64,000 nt of DNA from an uncultured virus (IMG/VR IMGVR_UViG_3300030328_002383) (IMGVR_UViG_3300030328_002383), one strand, 5' to 3'. Shown: positions 30,716 to 40,715, counted from the first letter of the stretch. Program-made: numbers and translations. Notes: generated by a model from the sequence alone, not told the origin.

Positions 30716-31123
30716 TCATGCCTTTTTAGGTGTTCTGATACAATGTAGACATATATCGCTGTTTTCCGGCATTATTCTTATTTTGCCGCAAGAACACTTA
30801 CTTGCCCTTGCTCTTTCCGATGGGGTCATAACGGTAGGACTTCTAGTATACATAATATCTTCTTTAACCCTTATTAGATTTCTGTCAATGTCATAGACTA
30901 AATGACTAGCCGAAGCACCAACAGCATTCTCAACTTTCTCAGAACCAACAGATACGATTTGACTATTCTTACTCAGTAATGCTGAGAGAGAATGTTGTGA
31001 AGGTATTGCTCTTACGTTCTTCTCCTTAGAGAGTAAATCGGCTACGGCTTCCTTAGTCATAGCACCATGATTCCACAACAATTCTACTATCACTCGCCGG
31101 ATTCGCCGATTGTTGGCACTCAT
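30716..31123 (-). CDS. Winged-helix protein with C-terminal C4 zinc finger
   Basis: HGAMTKEAVADLL...SLSALLSKN; CSCG...CLHC. Confidence 0.6.
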   Translation of the reverse strand: MSANNRRIRRVIVELLWNHGAMTKEAVADLLSKEKNVRAIPSQHSLSALLSKNSQIVSVGSEKVENAVGASASHLVYDIDRNLIRVKEDIMYTRSPTVMTPSERARASKCSCGKIRIMPENSDICLHCIRTPKKA

Positions 31124-31152
31124 ATAAATATATCCACAATACTTTAACTATA

Positions 31153-31347
31153 TCAATCGTTCTCTATGGAGAGGAACATTGATGCCTCGGCAAAGGATTG
31201 ATTCTCCGGTGCATTACCATCTACAACAAACGGGATTCCTACAGTATAAGCGTAATAAAAAATGATTGGGAACGACCAAAAAAAGAAGAAGCATAAAAGT
31301 AAAGTCAAGTCACTAATGATTTCCCACAATAAATCACTTACAGCCAT
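31153..31347 (-). CDS. Small membrane protein
   Basis: Single strongly hydrophobic segment. Confidence 0.45.
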   Translation of the reverse strand: MAVSDLLWEIISDLTLLLCFFFFWSFPIIFYYAYTVGIPFVVDGNAPENQSFAEASMFLSIEND

Positions 31348-32000
31348 TCAGTTACCTTCTCCCTCCGTTTCTTAACGCCCTTCGGTAAACTACCCGACTC
31401 ATTACCGCGTATAAGGTTAGCCACATTTACGTCAGTCTTTACTAACATTTCCCAATGTTTATCATTACTTCTAAATATACTAGGTACAGTAGTTTCACCC
31501 TTATTCTTCTTAGGATATTTCACTTGTTTATTTTCACCTTTAATCGAGTAAGTAAGAATGGCAATACTATAATCATCAGAAAGATGTTTGTATGTTTTAC
31601 TTATTCTCCTATACAATTCTATGTCGTTGTTATTCTGCTTCACAAAGGCCATAGCCAACGGTATAGGAACACCTTTCATCAACTTGTGTACTCTCCTTCT
31701 ATCAGTCCATGAGAATAGTGCCTTTACCCACCTATAATTAGTTGGTTTTGGTTTCAATGATTTGTCAATGATTATATTATTCTCTAATCCTTTAGGGATT
31801 GAAATATTCTTATTAGTCTCCACAACTAATTTCCCCGAAACCAAAGGTAGCCAGTCTTTTATTTCTTTAGAGGTTAAAGAACCTAGTAAGATGTATGTAG
31901 TATCTTTATCCGACAAGTCGCAATCTATATGCTTATACATTACAACGTGTTTTCCTTTTTTGAAAATAGAGGCATCCCTCGTAAAAATTATTACCCCCAT
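31338..32000 (-). CDS. Possible degenerate clamp-loader large subunit
   Basis: PLAMAFVKQN collar-like segment and C-terminal PIP-like KVTEWL; no Walker motifs. Confidence 0.35.
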   Translation of the reverse strand: MGVIIFTRDASIFKKGKHVVMYKHIDCDLSDKDTTYILLGSLTSKEIKDWLPLVSGKLVVETNKNISIPKGLENNIIIDKSLKPKPTNYRWVKALFSWTDRRRVHKLMKGVPIPLAMAFVKQNNNDIELYRRISKTYKHLSDDYSIAILTYSIKGENKQVKYPKKNKGETTVPSIFRSNDKHWEMLVKTDVNVANLIRGNESGSLPKGVKKRREKVTEWL

Positions 32001-32006
32001 TTTTTT

Positions 32007-32273
32007 TCAATCTCCTTTATTAACAAAGAAATAAGCATTTGTTTCGTAGATAAAATCCTTGAGCCTAGAGTATTGAGATTTACTCAGACCCCATGCTTCG
32101 TACACCGATGTGCTTTGTATAGCGTAGCCGTTGATGTACCATCTAATTCCTTTAGCGGTAATCATAGCAACAAGCCCATCATCATACATGGCTTGACATA
32201 GTTTACCCATCTCATTTACTTTAATCGCTGTTCTATATAATCTACGGTTCGGTTTACTTCTCCAACTTTTCAC
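32007..32273 (-). CDS. Hypothetical protein
   Basis: Packed co-directional ORF. Confidence 0.55.
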   Translation of the reverse strand: MKSWRSKPNRRLYRTAIKVNEMGKLCQAMYDDGLVAMITAKGIRWYINGYAIQSTSVYEAWGLSKSQYSRLKDFIYETNAYFFVNKGD

Positions 32274-32911
32274 TCAACCACCTCAAAGGAAGCGTCAATA
32301 ATACTAGGTGCTTTCAACGCAGCCATTTGTAATTCAAACCTATCTAACAATTGTGGGTGTTCCCTTAGTGTCTCCACTAATATTCTAGATACTTGTTGTG
32401 TTTGGGCTTGTGCTAACATTAACTGTGAATCTACCCCTATCTCCTTCTTCAACTGTCCTACTAATTTCAAAGAGGTGTTTGCCTGTCCTATCAACTTAGC
32501 AGCGTCAGAAACGAAGTCGGATGTGATTGCACCACCTTGTAGTTGCTTCTGTTCCTCTAGTTCGTTTAGATACCCTTGTATGCGTATTACAATGTCCTCT
32601 GCTGCGTCTAAAGTAGAAATAGACTGTACCCTAGCATCCTCAACGTGTTTGGCCTCTAATGGGTCGTATTCTATGTGGTTGTCAAGATGCTCAATCACAC
32701 TTCCTTCTTCCCAACCATACTTCGCTTCAAGATAAGCAGGTTCGTAATCTTGATTCTTCAAAGCCATTTCAAAATCCTTCCTTAAAGTATGTTCGCAAAA
32801 TGCACAACCGCCGTCAAGTACCCAACGCAATACTTCTATGGCGAAAGCATCATTCTCCTTAGACAATCTTCTTCTAATTTCTATTTCTCTTTTCATTCTA
32901 CATACCTCCAA
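32270..32911 (-). CDS. Zinc-binding HTH plus coiled-coil protein
   Basis: CAFCEH...EAKYGWEEGSVIEHLDNH followed by long helices. Confidence 0.55.
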   Translation of the reverse strand: MEVCRMKREIEIRRRLSKENDAFAIEVLRWVLDGGCAFCEHTLRKDFEMALKNQDYEPAYLEAKYGWEEGSVIEHLDNHIEYDPLEAKHVEDARVQSISTLDAAEDIVIRIQGYLNELEEQKQLQGGAITSDFVSDAAKLIGQANTSLKLVGQLKKEIGVDSQLMLAQAQTQQVSRILVETLREHPQLLDRFELQMAALKAPSIIDASFEVVE

Positions 32912-33189
32912 ATATGCGGTTTATTTCTCAAATGTTTCTTTCTAGGTGTTGCTATCTCATAATTGGGATGTTTCATCAAAGCGTAATGTAACGATATTGC
33001 TTGCATTCTAGATGTGCTACCTTTAATGTAAACAGAATTGGTATACTTACTTCCGTTCCTTAATGTCAAACCATGCAATATCTCGGTTGTTGTAAAAGTC
33101 TTACCCACATTGAGTTTCCCATACCTGTTGAGAGCATCCAGTAAAAATCTATTGATTTTCTTCATTTCTCTTCCTCCTTGCATACTCAT
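32893..33189 (-). CDS. Putative winged-helix protein (probable paralog of 33149..33559)
   Basis: FTTTEI...NGSKY...LMKHPNY...WRY. Confidence 0.5.
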   Translation of the reverse strand: MSMQGGREMKKINRFLLDALNRYGKLNVGKTFTTTEILHGLTLRNGSKYTNSVYIKGSTSRMQAISLHYALMKHPNYEIATPRKKHLRNKPHIWRYVE

Positions 33190-33559
33190 TTCTTCTAGTC
33201 TTTACTTCTTTACTATCTGTATCATAATAATTAAAGAACGGGTCATCATCTTCAAAGTAAGATATATATTGTTCTAAAGTACAAGTATATGTTCTAGGTT
33301 TGGTATCATACTTCTTAAAAATAGGGTGTCTATTTATTCTAGACTCTAATTGCCTTTGAGTAACAGCACTTTTACTTGACCTATACAAAGTGCCTTTTTT
33401 GTTAGTCATATTAGCATAGCATTCAGCGACACTACAAGGTTCACCTTTCTTAATGATATATCTAGCAACGGCCTTGATACCGTTATTTCTCTTACTCATA
33501 CTTCTAGAGGAAAGTATTCCTGTAAGTCTGTGGTTGTCATTCATTGTTTTAACCCCCAT
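33149..33559 (-). CDS. Putative winged-helix protein
   Basis: CSVAEC...KGTLY...INRHPIF. Confidence 0.5.
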   Translation of the reverse strand: MGVKTMNDNHRLTGILSSRSMSKRNNGIKAVARYIIKKGEPCSVAECYANMTNKKGTLYRSSKSAVTQRQLESRINRHPIFKKYDTKPRTYTCTLEQYISYFEDDDPFFNYYDTDSKEVKTRRNEYARRKRNEENQ

Positions 33560-34869
33560 TCTATTTCATTACTAGGTGTCGGATGTCCGAATCTACAAGT
33601 AACACCTTTACGGCCTCTTCTCTTGACATCGGGTTCATATTCAGAGTACCACGATTGCCCTTGTAGGTTTTCTACTATCCACCTCTTAGCGGATTGATAA
33701 TCCCCATTAGTAACCATACGAGATACTTCCTTGACAACTTGAGACTTAGATAAGTCTTGCATCCAAAATGTAGTCTTGATTAATTCAGTATCAGCATCCA
33801 TCACTCTTCTTCTTTGAGTTAGGCTCTGTGATAGAATACCCCTTAAAGTATCATCCATAGTTATCACCAAAGGCACATTTCCTCTGTAAGTTGGTTGCAT
33901 CATATGATAGCCTATTGCTAACCTTCTAAACAGGTCTGCTTCGTAAGAACGTACACTCGGTCTATCAATCCATTCTGCTATATCATCATCAAATAGAATA
34001 CCGCTAGGAGGATTGGCAACTGCTTCAAACATACGGTGTTGAATCCATTCTCTGATTTCAATATTCTTTGACGCTAATTCTATTCTAGTTTCCCTAGTCA
34101 TGTTGGCTTGCTTGTGTTGAGCCTGTTTGAACTTCAATTCTTTCTCCGGTGTCATCTCAATATCAATAATGAAGAATCTTCTATCTAATCCCGAATCCAA
34201 CTCGAACCTAGCAGGTTGTGTTGCAGCCCACATAGTATAACGGGTAGTGTATTGTACCCAACCCATTTTCAATGCCTTCTGAACCCTACCATTATCTAGG
34301 GATGTAAGCAATTGATTCTTCATGTCTAGGCTATGGTCTTTCTTAGACGCATCGGACATAGAAGAAAACTCTTCAAATCCTAAGAAGCCTCCACACATCT
34401 CCCTAGCAATAGGTCGCCCTGCTATTTCTCCCAAATCGTTTAGACTTCCAAACATACCTGCCTCTGTAATAGAGTTAGCACCCATCATTGTCTTGTAGCC
34501 GTGTCCTAAGTCTGCATTAGTAGAATGTAGTAGTCCAGTACCTTCTGCTAAGAATAGATTGATTAGAACGGACTTACCGCTACCTTTCGCACCTCTCATA
34601 AGAATGTGTATTCTTGTGTCGGGTAATTGAGACATAGGTGTATAGAATGGCATATTGTTGTGCCTCAAAGGACAGTTATCAATAGTGAAATCTACATCGG
34701 GGTCTAGTAGTGGGTCATCGGGGTCGAAGTCGCATCTACTACACTTGTTCAAAGCGTTGAATAGATGACTACCAATACTGCAAATAAAAACTGGAATCTT
34801 ATCTGCTACATCTACATAGTGATTTCTAGTCACGAAGTTATTTACCTCATCAAAAATATTCATTCCCAT
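33541..34869 (-). CDS. mcm: MCM-family AAA+ helicase lacking the N-terminal domain
   Basis: HILMRGAKGSGKS, SITEAGMFGS, GGFLGFEEF, LLTSLDNG, WAATQP, LDRRFF arginine finger. Confidence 0.85.
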   Translation of the reverse strand: MGMNIFDEVNNFVTRNHYVDVADKIPVFICSIGSHLFNALNKCSRCDFDPDDPLLDPDVDFTIDNCPLRHNNMPFYTPMSQLPDTRIHILMRGAKGSGKSVLINLFLAEGTGLLHSTNADLGHGYKTMMGANSITEAGMFGSLNDLGEIAGRPIAREMCGGFLGFEEFSSMSDASKKDHSLDMKNQLLTSLDNGRVQKALKMGWVQYTTRYTMWAATQPARFELDSGLDRRFFIIDIEMTPEKELKFKQAQHKQANMTRETRIELASKNIEIREWIQHRMFEAVANPPSGILFDDDIAEWIDRPSVRSYEADLFRRLAIGYHMMQPTYRGNVPLVITMDDTLRGILSQSLTQRRRVMDADTELIKTTFWMQDLSKSQVVKEVSRMVTNGDYQSAKRWIVENLQGQSWYSEYEPDVKRRGRKGVTCRFGHPTPSNEIEWGLKQ

Positions 34870-35660
34870 TCACCTATCATACCTTGTAAGTTCTGTGCTG
34901 AAAGTAATAAATCCCTTATTCTGATATATTCCTGTTCAACATAATCCAAACCATATATTTCCTTTACTCTTGAAAGCATTGTATCTGCCGATACTTCATC
35001 AACCGGACAATCAGCACCTTGACAAATTAATATCTTACTAAGTCCATTAGTGAATGCGTCAAACATTTGAGCAAACACCCATGAAATAGGTACTAGAAAA
35101 ATATCTTCTTCCATTTCCTTTTTCTGAGCATCTGTCGCTATCTTATACATTTCACTACTATTCCATTCGTACTCTATATATTCACCATTCCTCAAAACAT
35201 CAGTCCTACTACTGTATCTCTCTAAAGTGTCAGTAGTCATAAACAACATCTCTTGTATACCATACTCTTTTAGAGATAAAACTACATCTCTAATAGTAGG
35301 GTATGTGTATAACCAAGCATTTCTGTTCATGCCCTCATCCAAAGTGGGTTCAATCGGGAAAGAATTACTTATCCTAAGAATGAGAACGGTATCGTTACCT
35401 ACCTTTCTTTGGTATAGTCTCCACTCATGCCAAATAGGGTCGGGTATAGTTCCTATCGCACTTACAGACATAAGTTTACTATAGATACTCGCTATGTGCG
35501 TTTCTGTACCTTTTACTAAACTAGCACCTGCTAGATAGGATGCACTTCCGTATTCGTTTTGTGAATACACTATAAGATTTACATTACCCTTGATAATTGG
35601 TTTCGCGTTACTGTTGTGCCACACAATTTCTGTGTCTTTCATCTGCTCTATATATTTCAT
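34860..35660 (-). CDS. PAC2 (proteasome assembly chaperone/PbaA-B)-like protein
   Basis: Start reassigned to 35660 (AGGTGA RBS); GSASYLAGASLV...IASIYS, GIQEMLFM, PVDEVSADTMLSRVKEIYGLD pattern. Confidence 0.5.
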   Translation of the reverse strand: MKYIEQMKDTEIVWHNSNAKPIIKGNVNLIVYSQNEYGSASYLAGASLVKGTETHIASIYSKLMSVSAIGTIPDPIWHEWRLYQRKVGNDTVLILRISNSFPIEPTLDEGMNRNAWLYTYPTIRDVVLSLKEYGIQEMLFMTTDTLERYSSRTDVLRNGEYIEYEWNSSEMYKIATDAQKKEMEEDIFLVPISWVFAQMFDAFTNGLSKILICQGADCPVDEVSADTMLSRVKEIYGLDYVEQEYIRIRDLLLSAQNLQGMIGEWE

Positions 35661-35737
35661 AATATCACCTGCTATATAATTAACGGGGTTCATGGCGTAT
35701 TTAATTCTTTTATTGATTTGTAAAATCGTAGAAATAA

Positions 35738-35862
35738 TAAAACGCTGTACTGCTCTATTGTTTTTATTATTTTTATTTATTTCAAAGAGGTTAAAGAAAA
35801 GCACTATTACTTTACTACCTTTGAACAATAAAAAGAATTAAGAAAAACGCTGTACCACGCCC
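35738..35862 (-). repeat. Dispersed regulatory/origin-like module, inverted copy of 57495-57665
   Basis: AACGCTGTAC boxes at 35741 and 35846 flanking inverted TTCAAAG/CTTTGAA. Confidence 0.75.
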
Positions 35863-35864
35863 CA

Positions 35865-36776
35865 TTAATTCTTTTTGAACGCCCTCCTAACATCCAAAAA
35901 CATTTCGTGCATCAATCTATTTCTGTCATGTCTAGCCAAGTTATAGATACGAACACTATGCTTTACATAGCCATTCAAGACCGCATAGTTTCTATCAGTC
36001 ATTTCATTTTGTTCTACTACCGGACACCATTTTCTAGTCTCTTCAATACCTGCGTGTAAATCTCTGATTACTCTTTCTACCTTGAAAGTATCTTCAAAAT
36101 TAATATTCTTAGCAAGTGTCGGCTGTATGAAATAATTAGTAGCCCACACCTCTCGGTCTTTTTCGTGTTGCATCTGCATCACATTATATTTACCGTTAAT
36201 GTATGTATCACTATTATTCATTATTTCCATCTCAATCTCATCTGCATATTGTGAAGTGGCAATAAGTTTTACCGAGTTATCATCATAATTATATATCTTA
36301 GAAGTATATCCTAGATTCTCAAGTAAATCTACACAACCGTTCAAATCGTGAGAGTCCTGTATATCCTTCGTGTTTATATTTGTAATTATTTTAGCCCCTG
36401 TTGTAAGTATTCTAAATCTACCTGTCAAAGTTTTAGCCGAACCTTCTAAAGTCATCCAGTAATCGAGAGTTTCTTTTAGCGGCATTCTCTTGTAAATTGC
36501 CATGAAAGCATTATGACCCATACTACTATTCAATAGACCCGTTAATAATGATTTAATAACTGCTCTATCTACAATATAGAAAGTCTGTCCTTTCATTTCT
36601 AGTTCAACAAGTGGTTGCCATACACTTCGGTTCTGTTTACCATTTCTAGCAGCACTAGCATAATGTATAGTACAAGCCTCTATATCCAAAAATAAATTGT
36701 TTTGTATACTGTTCTTATATGGTTTTAGATTCCGACTCTCATCAAACAAATCATCTAAGTGATTAATCCATGTCAT
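35865..36776 (-). CDS. Hypothetical protein (303 aa)
   Basis: Start reassigned to the ATG after GGAGGTGA. Confidence 0.65.
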   Translation of the reverse strand: MTWINHLDDLFDESRNLKPYKNSIQNNLFLDIEACTIHYASAARNGKQNRSVWQPLVELEMKGQTFYIVDRAVIKSLLTGLLNSSMGHNAFMAIYKRMPLKETLDYWMTLEGSAKTLTGRFRILTTGAKIITNINTKDIQDSHDLNGCVDLLENLGYTSKIYNYDDNSVKLIATSQYADEIEMEIMNNSDTYINGKYNVMQMQHEKDREVWATNYFIQPTLAKNINFEDTFKVERVIRDLHAGIEETRKWCPVVEQNEMTDRNYAVLNGYVKHSVRIYNLARHDRNRLMHEMFLDVRRAFKKN

Positions 36777-37073
36777 AGTTTCACCTCCAAAGTAAGAGGT
36801 GTGACTACGCCTTTTGAAATACAGATGCACAAAACAAAACAACGAACAAAGGAAAGGCGTAGCCACGATGCTAATGAGGCAATACCCTTGTCGCTATTCT
36901 GTGGGTAGTTCATGCCGTAGTTAAATGTTACTACATCAAAGAATACCCTTGAGTGTTTATTTATTCTCATCATGCTAACCACACCCCTAGACCTGCTACT
37001 AATATCCCAATGGCAATTCCCCTACAGATAAAAGAAAATATCTCGAAGAAATAATCTTTTAAGGTTGATTGTA

Positions 37074-37304
37074 TCATTCATTCCACCCCAAATCTAAATC
37101 GTATATTACATCTTCTAAATCTAAAGTATGTCCTTGTGTATCTCCGCATTTTTCACAACGCAAAGTAACAAGAACGTCTGCACTTGGATTAGTAGGGTCG
37201 GGCTTGTTAATAATCTCAAACCCGTCAATATAAACATTCTCATGCAAACACACATTCTCATCAAGATATTCTTGACCTCTTCCATCCATCAAGCAACACC
37301 CCAC
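37074..37304 (-). CDS. Small zinc-binding protein
   Basis: CLH...CEKCG. Confidence 0.55.
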   Translation of the reverse strand: MGCCLMDGRGQEYLDENVCLHENVYIDGFEIINKPDPTNPSADVLVTLRCEKCGDTQGHTLDLEDVIYDLDLGWNE

Positions 37305-37606
37305 TTCTGTAACACCTTTACATCTTCGGCACTAATCGTTTCTATACTATGGATTCTTGCATATCCATCTCCCCATTCAACCTCAACATAATCCCAATCA
37401 AGGCTATATGTTATCGCCATAGGCTCATCTTCCCACGCTTCTTCACCTTGCCTCATACGGTATTGACTATTTATCAAGTGAGCGTAGTTTCTCTTTTCAC
37501 AATCTCCGTACTTGTATCTATCTCCTTTGGAGAAGATAACTTCGTCTATATCTTCTATCTCACCATTTTTATAGTAAAATGTTACCATATATTTCTCTTC
37601 AATCAT
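37289..37606 (-). CDS. Hypothetical acidic protein
   Basis: Packed early-region ORF. Confidence 0.55.
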   Translation of the reverse strand: MIEEKYMVTFYYKNGEIEDIDEVIFSKGDRYKYGDCEKRNYAHLINSQYRMRQGEEAWEDEPMAITYSLDWDYVEVEWGDGYARIHSIETISAEDVKVLQKWGVA

Positions 37607-37773
37607 TCCTCATCATCTCCATTAATTATTTTACGGTAAACTTCATTCCAATTTGATTGACCCAATACATCTTCGGCCATTTCTAATCGGTATTCTGTTT
37701 CATCTAACACTTGACGCATCCATATGACTTCTTCTAGCAATTCTTCTTTACTCATACTATTGTACTTACTCAT
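37603..37773 (-). CDS. 56-aa helical protein (not in ORF track)
   Basis: MSKYNSMSKEELLEE...GDDEE; ATGA overlaps at both ends. Confidence 0.6.
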   Translation of the reverse strand: MSKYNSMSKEELLEEVIWMRQVLDETEYRLEMAEDVLGQSNWNEVYRKIINGDDEE

Positions 37774-38009
37774 TCCTCATCATCTCCTATTGGTGGGTCG
37801 AGTAGTAACTCTATAGAGTTTTCTCCATCGTACACAAGACCTATAACTCTAGTATTTCCTACATTACTGTAAAACCCAGTATTCTCTATTTTCTCTATCG
37901 CTTCTCTCAATTGCGGGCATCTAACAAAGTACCCACTTCTTTGAGCGTGAGTTACTTTAATGTCAATCATAACTCTTTCACCATCCGGTGAGTTTCGATG
38001 GGTTGTCAT
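37770..38009 (-). CDS. Hypothetical protein
   Basis: Packed early-region ORF. Confidence 0.55.
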   Translation of the reverse strand: MTTHRNSPDGERVMIDIKVTHAQRSGYFVRCPQLREAIEKIENTGFYSNVGNTRVIGLVYDGENSIELLLDPPIGDDEE

Positions 38010-38368
38010 TCTTCCTCACCCCCACAATACAGTAAAGATTCACCATGACATTCATCACAGTCTCCGTCATACATAGTCGGTTCTATTTCATCCCCAAAGT
38101 TGTACGGCACATCGTCTATCGCTAGACATACAGCACATACGTTACTTTCACCTTCTATCTCATCTGATACACGATACATCCCCGTTATACACGGCTTCTT
38201 ATCTTTATACCAATATGTGTTCATCAATTCAATTCCTTTTATCATTTTTTCTTTTCTTGTTGCCATTAGTTTGTAAACTATAAATCTATCACTCATTTTA
38301 ATTCCTCCAATAATTTTTCTGTATATACAATTGCATCCATCATTTCTTCTTGGAAATGCTTTAACCAT
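38006..38368 (-). CDS. Hypothetical protein with CxxC pairs (start probably near 38296)
   Basis: CAVC...CDEC. Confidence 0.5.
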   Translation of the reverse strand: MVKAFPRRNDGCNCIYRKIIGGIKMSDRFIVYKLMATRKEKMIKGIELMNTYWYKDKKPCITGMYRVSDEIEGESNVCAVCLAIDDVPYNFGDEIEPTMYDGDCDECHGESLLYCGGEEE

Positions 38369-38475
38369 TGTTTTATACTTAGGTCACTTCTTTCCATAGT
38401 AACCCCATACTTGTTTTTACCGACTGCTGCTCTAGCCTGTATCTTCTCACATACTTTATCCTCTATTCTACTCAT
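38293..38475 (-). CDS. Small all-alpha NTP-pyrophosphatase-like protein
   Basis: R..VG..KYG.TM.R.DL...QWL.H.QEE.MDA.VY motif common in phages. Confidence 0.6.
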   Translation of the reverse strand: MSRIEDKVCEKIQARAAVGKNKYGVTMERSDLSIKQWLKHFQEEMMDAIVYTEKLLEELK

Positions 38476-39595
38476 TCATCCTCACTCTCCAAATCATCAC
38501 CATAAACATTACAACCATATTTGTCGTTACAAAACTCGTCATGGTCTGCACCTACATAACCTAAGTGTTCAAGTGCCATTTCCAAAGCACCTTCCGCTTT
38601 CTCAAGTTTTTCTACCAAACCTAGAACATATACTTGTTTTAGGGTAATCTTACTCATTTTACATCTCTCCTATACCAATGACCTTCTTCATCTTCTACCA
38701 TAATAGCAGTAGGCCATTTTGTATCTACGTTCTCGTAGGCATTTCCTACCCACCAACTTACATCTCTTTTATCCAACTTACATCCAAACTCATCTTCATC
38801 ATGTAATTCCATATATAACATTCCATATTTAACCCACCATCTTTTTACTTTACCTTCGGCAAATGGGTTTGTATCGCCATCTTCCATATTAAATACTTCA
38901 TCCAAATCTATACAACAATGCCCTTCAAAGGTTAATTCGATTCGCTTTATGTCTTTGTTGTCAATGTCTTTGACTTCATCCTCAATACTATTCATCTGTT
39001 AGTCCTCCAATAATCGGGTTCGCTGTCATCCTCTTCTCTTTTATTTTCTTTGACAACATTAGCATAGTCCTTCACCAAATCTCGGTACTTCTTAGTGGCT
39101 GTTGCGGTTCTATGTGCTGCTACACCTAACCACGCCCAACCTTCCTGTACTAAGGCACGAAGATGAATTAACTCATCCTCTAGTTGTTCTCTTGTGTAGA
39201 AATCAAGACCTGCTCTATCTCTTACCTCTGTTCTAAGTTTGTCCTTTGGACTTACATAATCACCTATCTTAACCATATTAATCACCCCTCTCGACCCACT
39301 TCATATAGGCTTCATAATCAATCATCTCGTAGGTTCTTAGTGCAATCTTCATTCCTGTCTTGCGGATGAATGTTGAACGTATTCCTTTGCTACCTCTCAT
39401 CAAATTACTGATACTTCTTTGTGTGGATGTATTTACTCTAGGCGACCTTTCATGTAGTTTGTCTGCTAACTCTTGTGCAGTCAATCCTTCGTTTACTGAT
39501 GAAAGTATTTCACCTATCTTTCTTCTACGGGATATTTGTTTTCTTTTACCCATAATATCAGTCCTCCAATATTTCTGATAACAACGACAATCCAC
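38472..39595 (-). CDS. Four small early-region ORFs (38472-38657, 38654-38995, 38992-39285, 39278-39595; the last is winged-helix-like)
   Basis: Overlapping co-directional ORFs with RBSs; GLTAQELADKL HTH in the last. Confidence 0.55.
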
Positions 39596-40715
39596 TATTT
39601 CTTTCTATCGCAAGACCAAAATAATTGTATTGGCCTAAATACCTTATCAAGAGTTTAGACCTAAGACATTCATTTTCAATGACCGTATGGTATAGATTAA
39701 GTTGCTTTGTGAAATTAGCATTCCCCCCGAAAACAGTTGGAAGTGATGGTAAATCCTCGTCAATCAAATCTAAGAAACTATCTCTTATACTGGTGTACTG
39801 GCGTTGCTTTACTACTTCCTTTGAGATTTGTTTTACTTTAGTCCAAAACATTTCTGTCAATTCAGAAGAAGTATACTCTTTCACTTCTAGAGGTGCATAT
39901 GGGTAGGACTCTATATCAGCAGTTTGTATTTGTCTGTAATAAGTCTCAATACCTCTGCCCATAGTATATTTATCATTACTACCCAATATCAAATCTCTAA
40001 ATCTACCCTTAAAGTATTCATCTAAATCTATCTCAGAATCCGTTAATTCTTTTGTCCTTTCCGTTATCATTTTTCTAACATTTTTCTCTATATGATTAAC
40101 CAACTCAGTATATGAATCCATTTCTTTCTTTGTTTTGTATATATCATATTTATTAGTTACATCGGTAAACCAATTTATGAAATCGTCACTTAAGAACATG
40201 GTCTGATTTTGATAGGTAACTGTTGCACCTCTAGCGTTATACTTACTTTCCATCAAAGTCAAGGGCTTCGGACATATCTTAAAGATGGGTGAGTCATCAT
40301 AAATACTAAAGGTCATCAAATGATTCGCGTATTTCTTCAAACAATATACACCGTGTTCCATTTCCTCTTTAGTATAGTTTTCTAATAACCAGTTTCTCAT
40401 CTTCTTTCGGTCAAAGCGGCGATACCCTTCATACGGGCATTTATATCCCGTACATCTGTCAACAAGATACCTACCTCTTGTTCCGCCATCAGTCCAATAA
40501 GGGGTAAAGACTGATATAAGTAGGAAGTCGTGAAAAACATTAGGTAAGCCTTGCTCATTGGTTTTTACATTAGACCTGTAAAGACTTTGTGGCTTCTTAA
40601 TCGTAATCCATTTCTTAGAATCAAAAGGTATTGAAACATTCTCTTTGGCTCTTAAATGCTTTGAACCTTTAGTAATTTTTCCGTCTTTAGTCGTTAAAGT
40701 ATTCTTTATCGCCAT
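39558..40715 (-). CDS. Hypothetical protein (~385 aa)
   Basis: Long ORF; start reassigned to MAIKNT; no recognised motif. Confidence 0.65.
   Translation of the reverse strand: MAIKNTLTTKDGKITKGSKHLRAKENVSIPFDSKKWITIKKPQSLYRSNVKTNEQGLPNVFHDFLLISVFTPYWTDGGTRGRYLVDRCTGYKCPYEGYRRFDRKKMRNWLLENYTKEEMEHGVYCLKKYANHLMTFSIYDDSPIFKICPKPLTLMESKYNARGATVTYQNQTMFLSDDFINWFTDVTNKYDIYKTKKEMDSYTELVNHIEKNVRKMITERTKELTDSEIDLDEYFKGRFRDLILGSNDKYTMGRGIETYYRQIQTADIESYPYAPLEVKEYTSSELTEMFWTKVKQISKEVVKQRQYTSIRDSFLDLIDEDLPSLPTVFGGNANFTKQLNLYHTVIENECLRSKLLIRYLGQYNYFGLAIERNSGLSLLSEILED

Noticed and set aside
20495..34869. Inteins or introns in PolB, RFC or MCM
   Set aside because: Protein lengths are compact and no intein terminal motifs or homing endonuclease are visible
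35661..35828. N-terminal extension of the 322-aa ORF
   Set aside because: Runs through the AT-rich repeat module; a better RBS and ATG lie at 35660
37603..38660. Shared acidic C-termini (GDDEE, GGEEE) as a protein motif
   Set aside because: Explained by overlap with the purine-rich RBS and ATGA of the next gene
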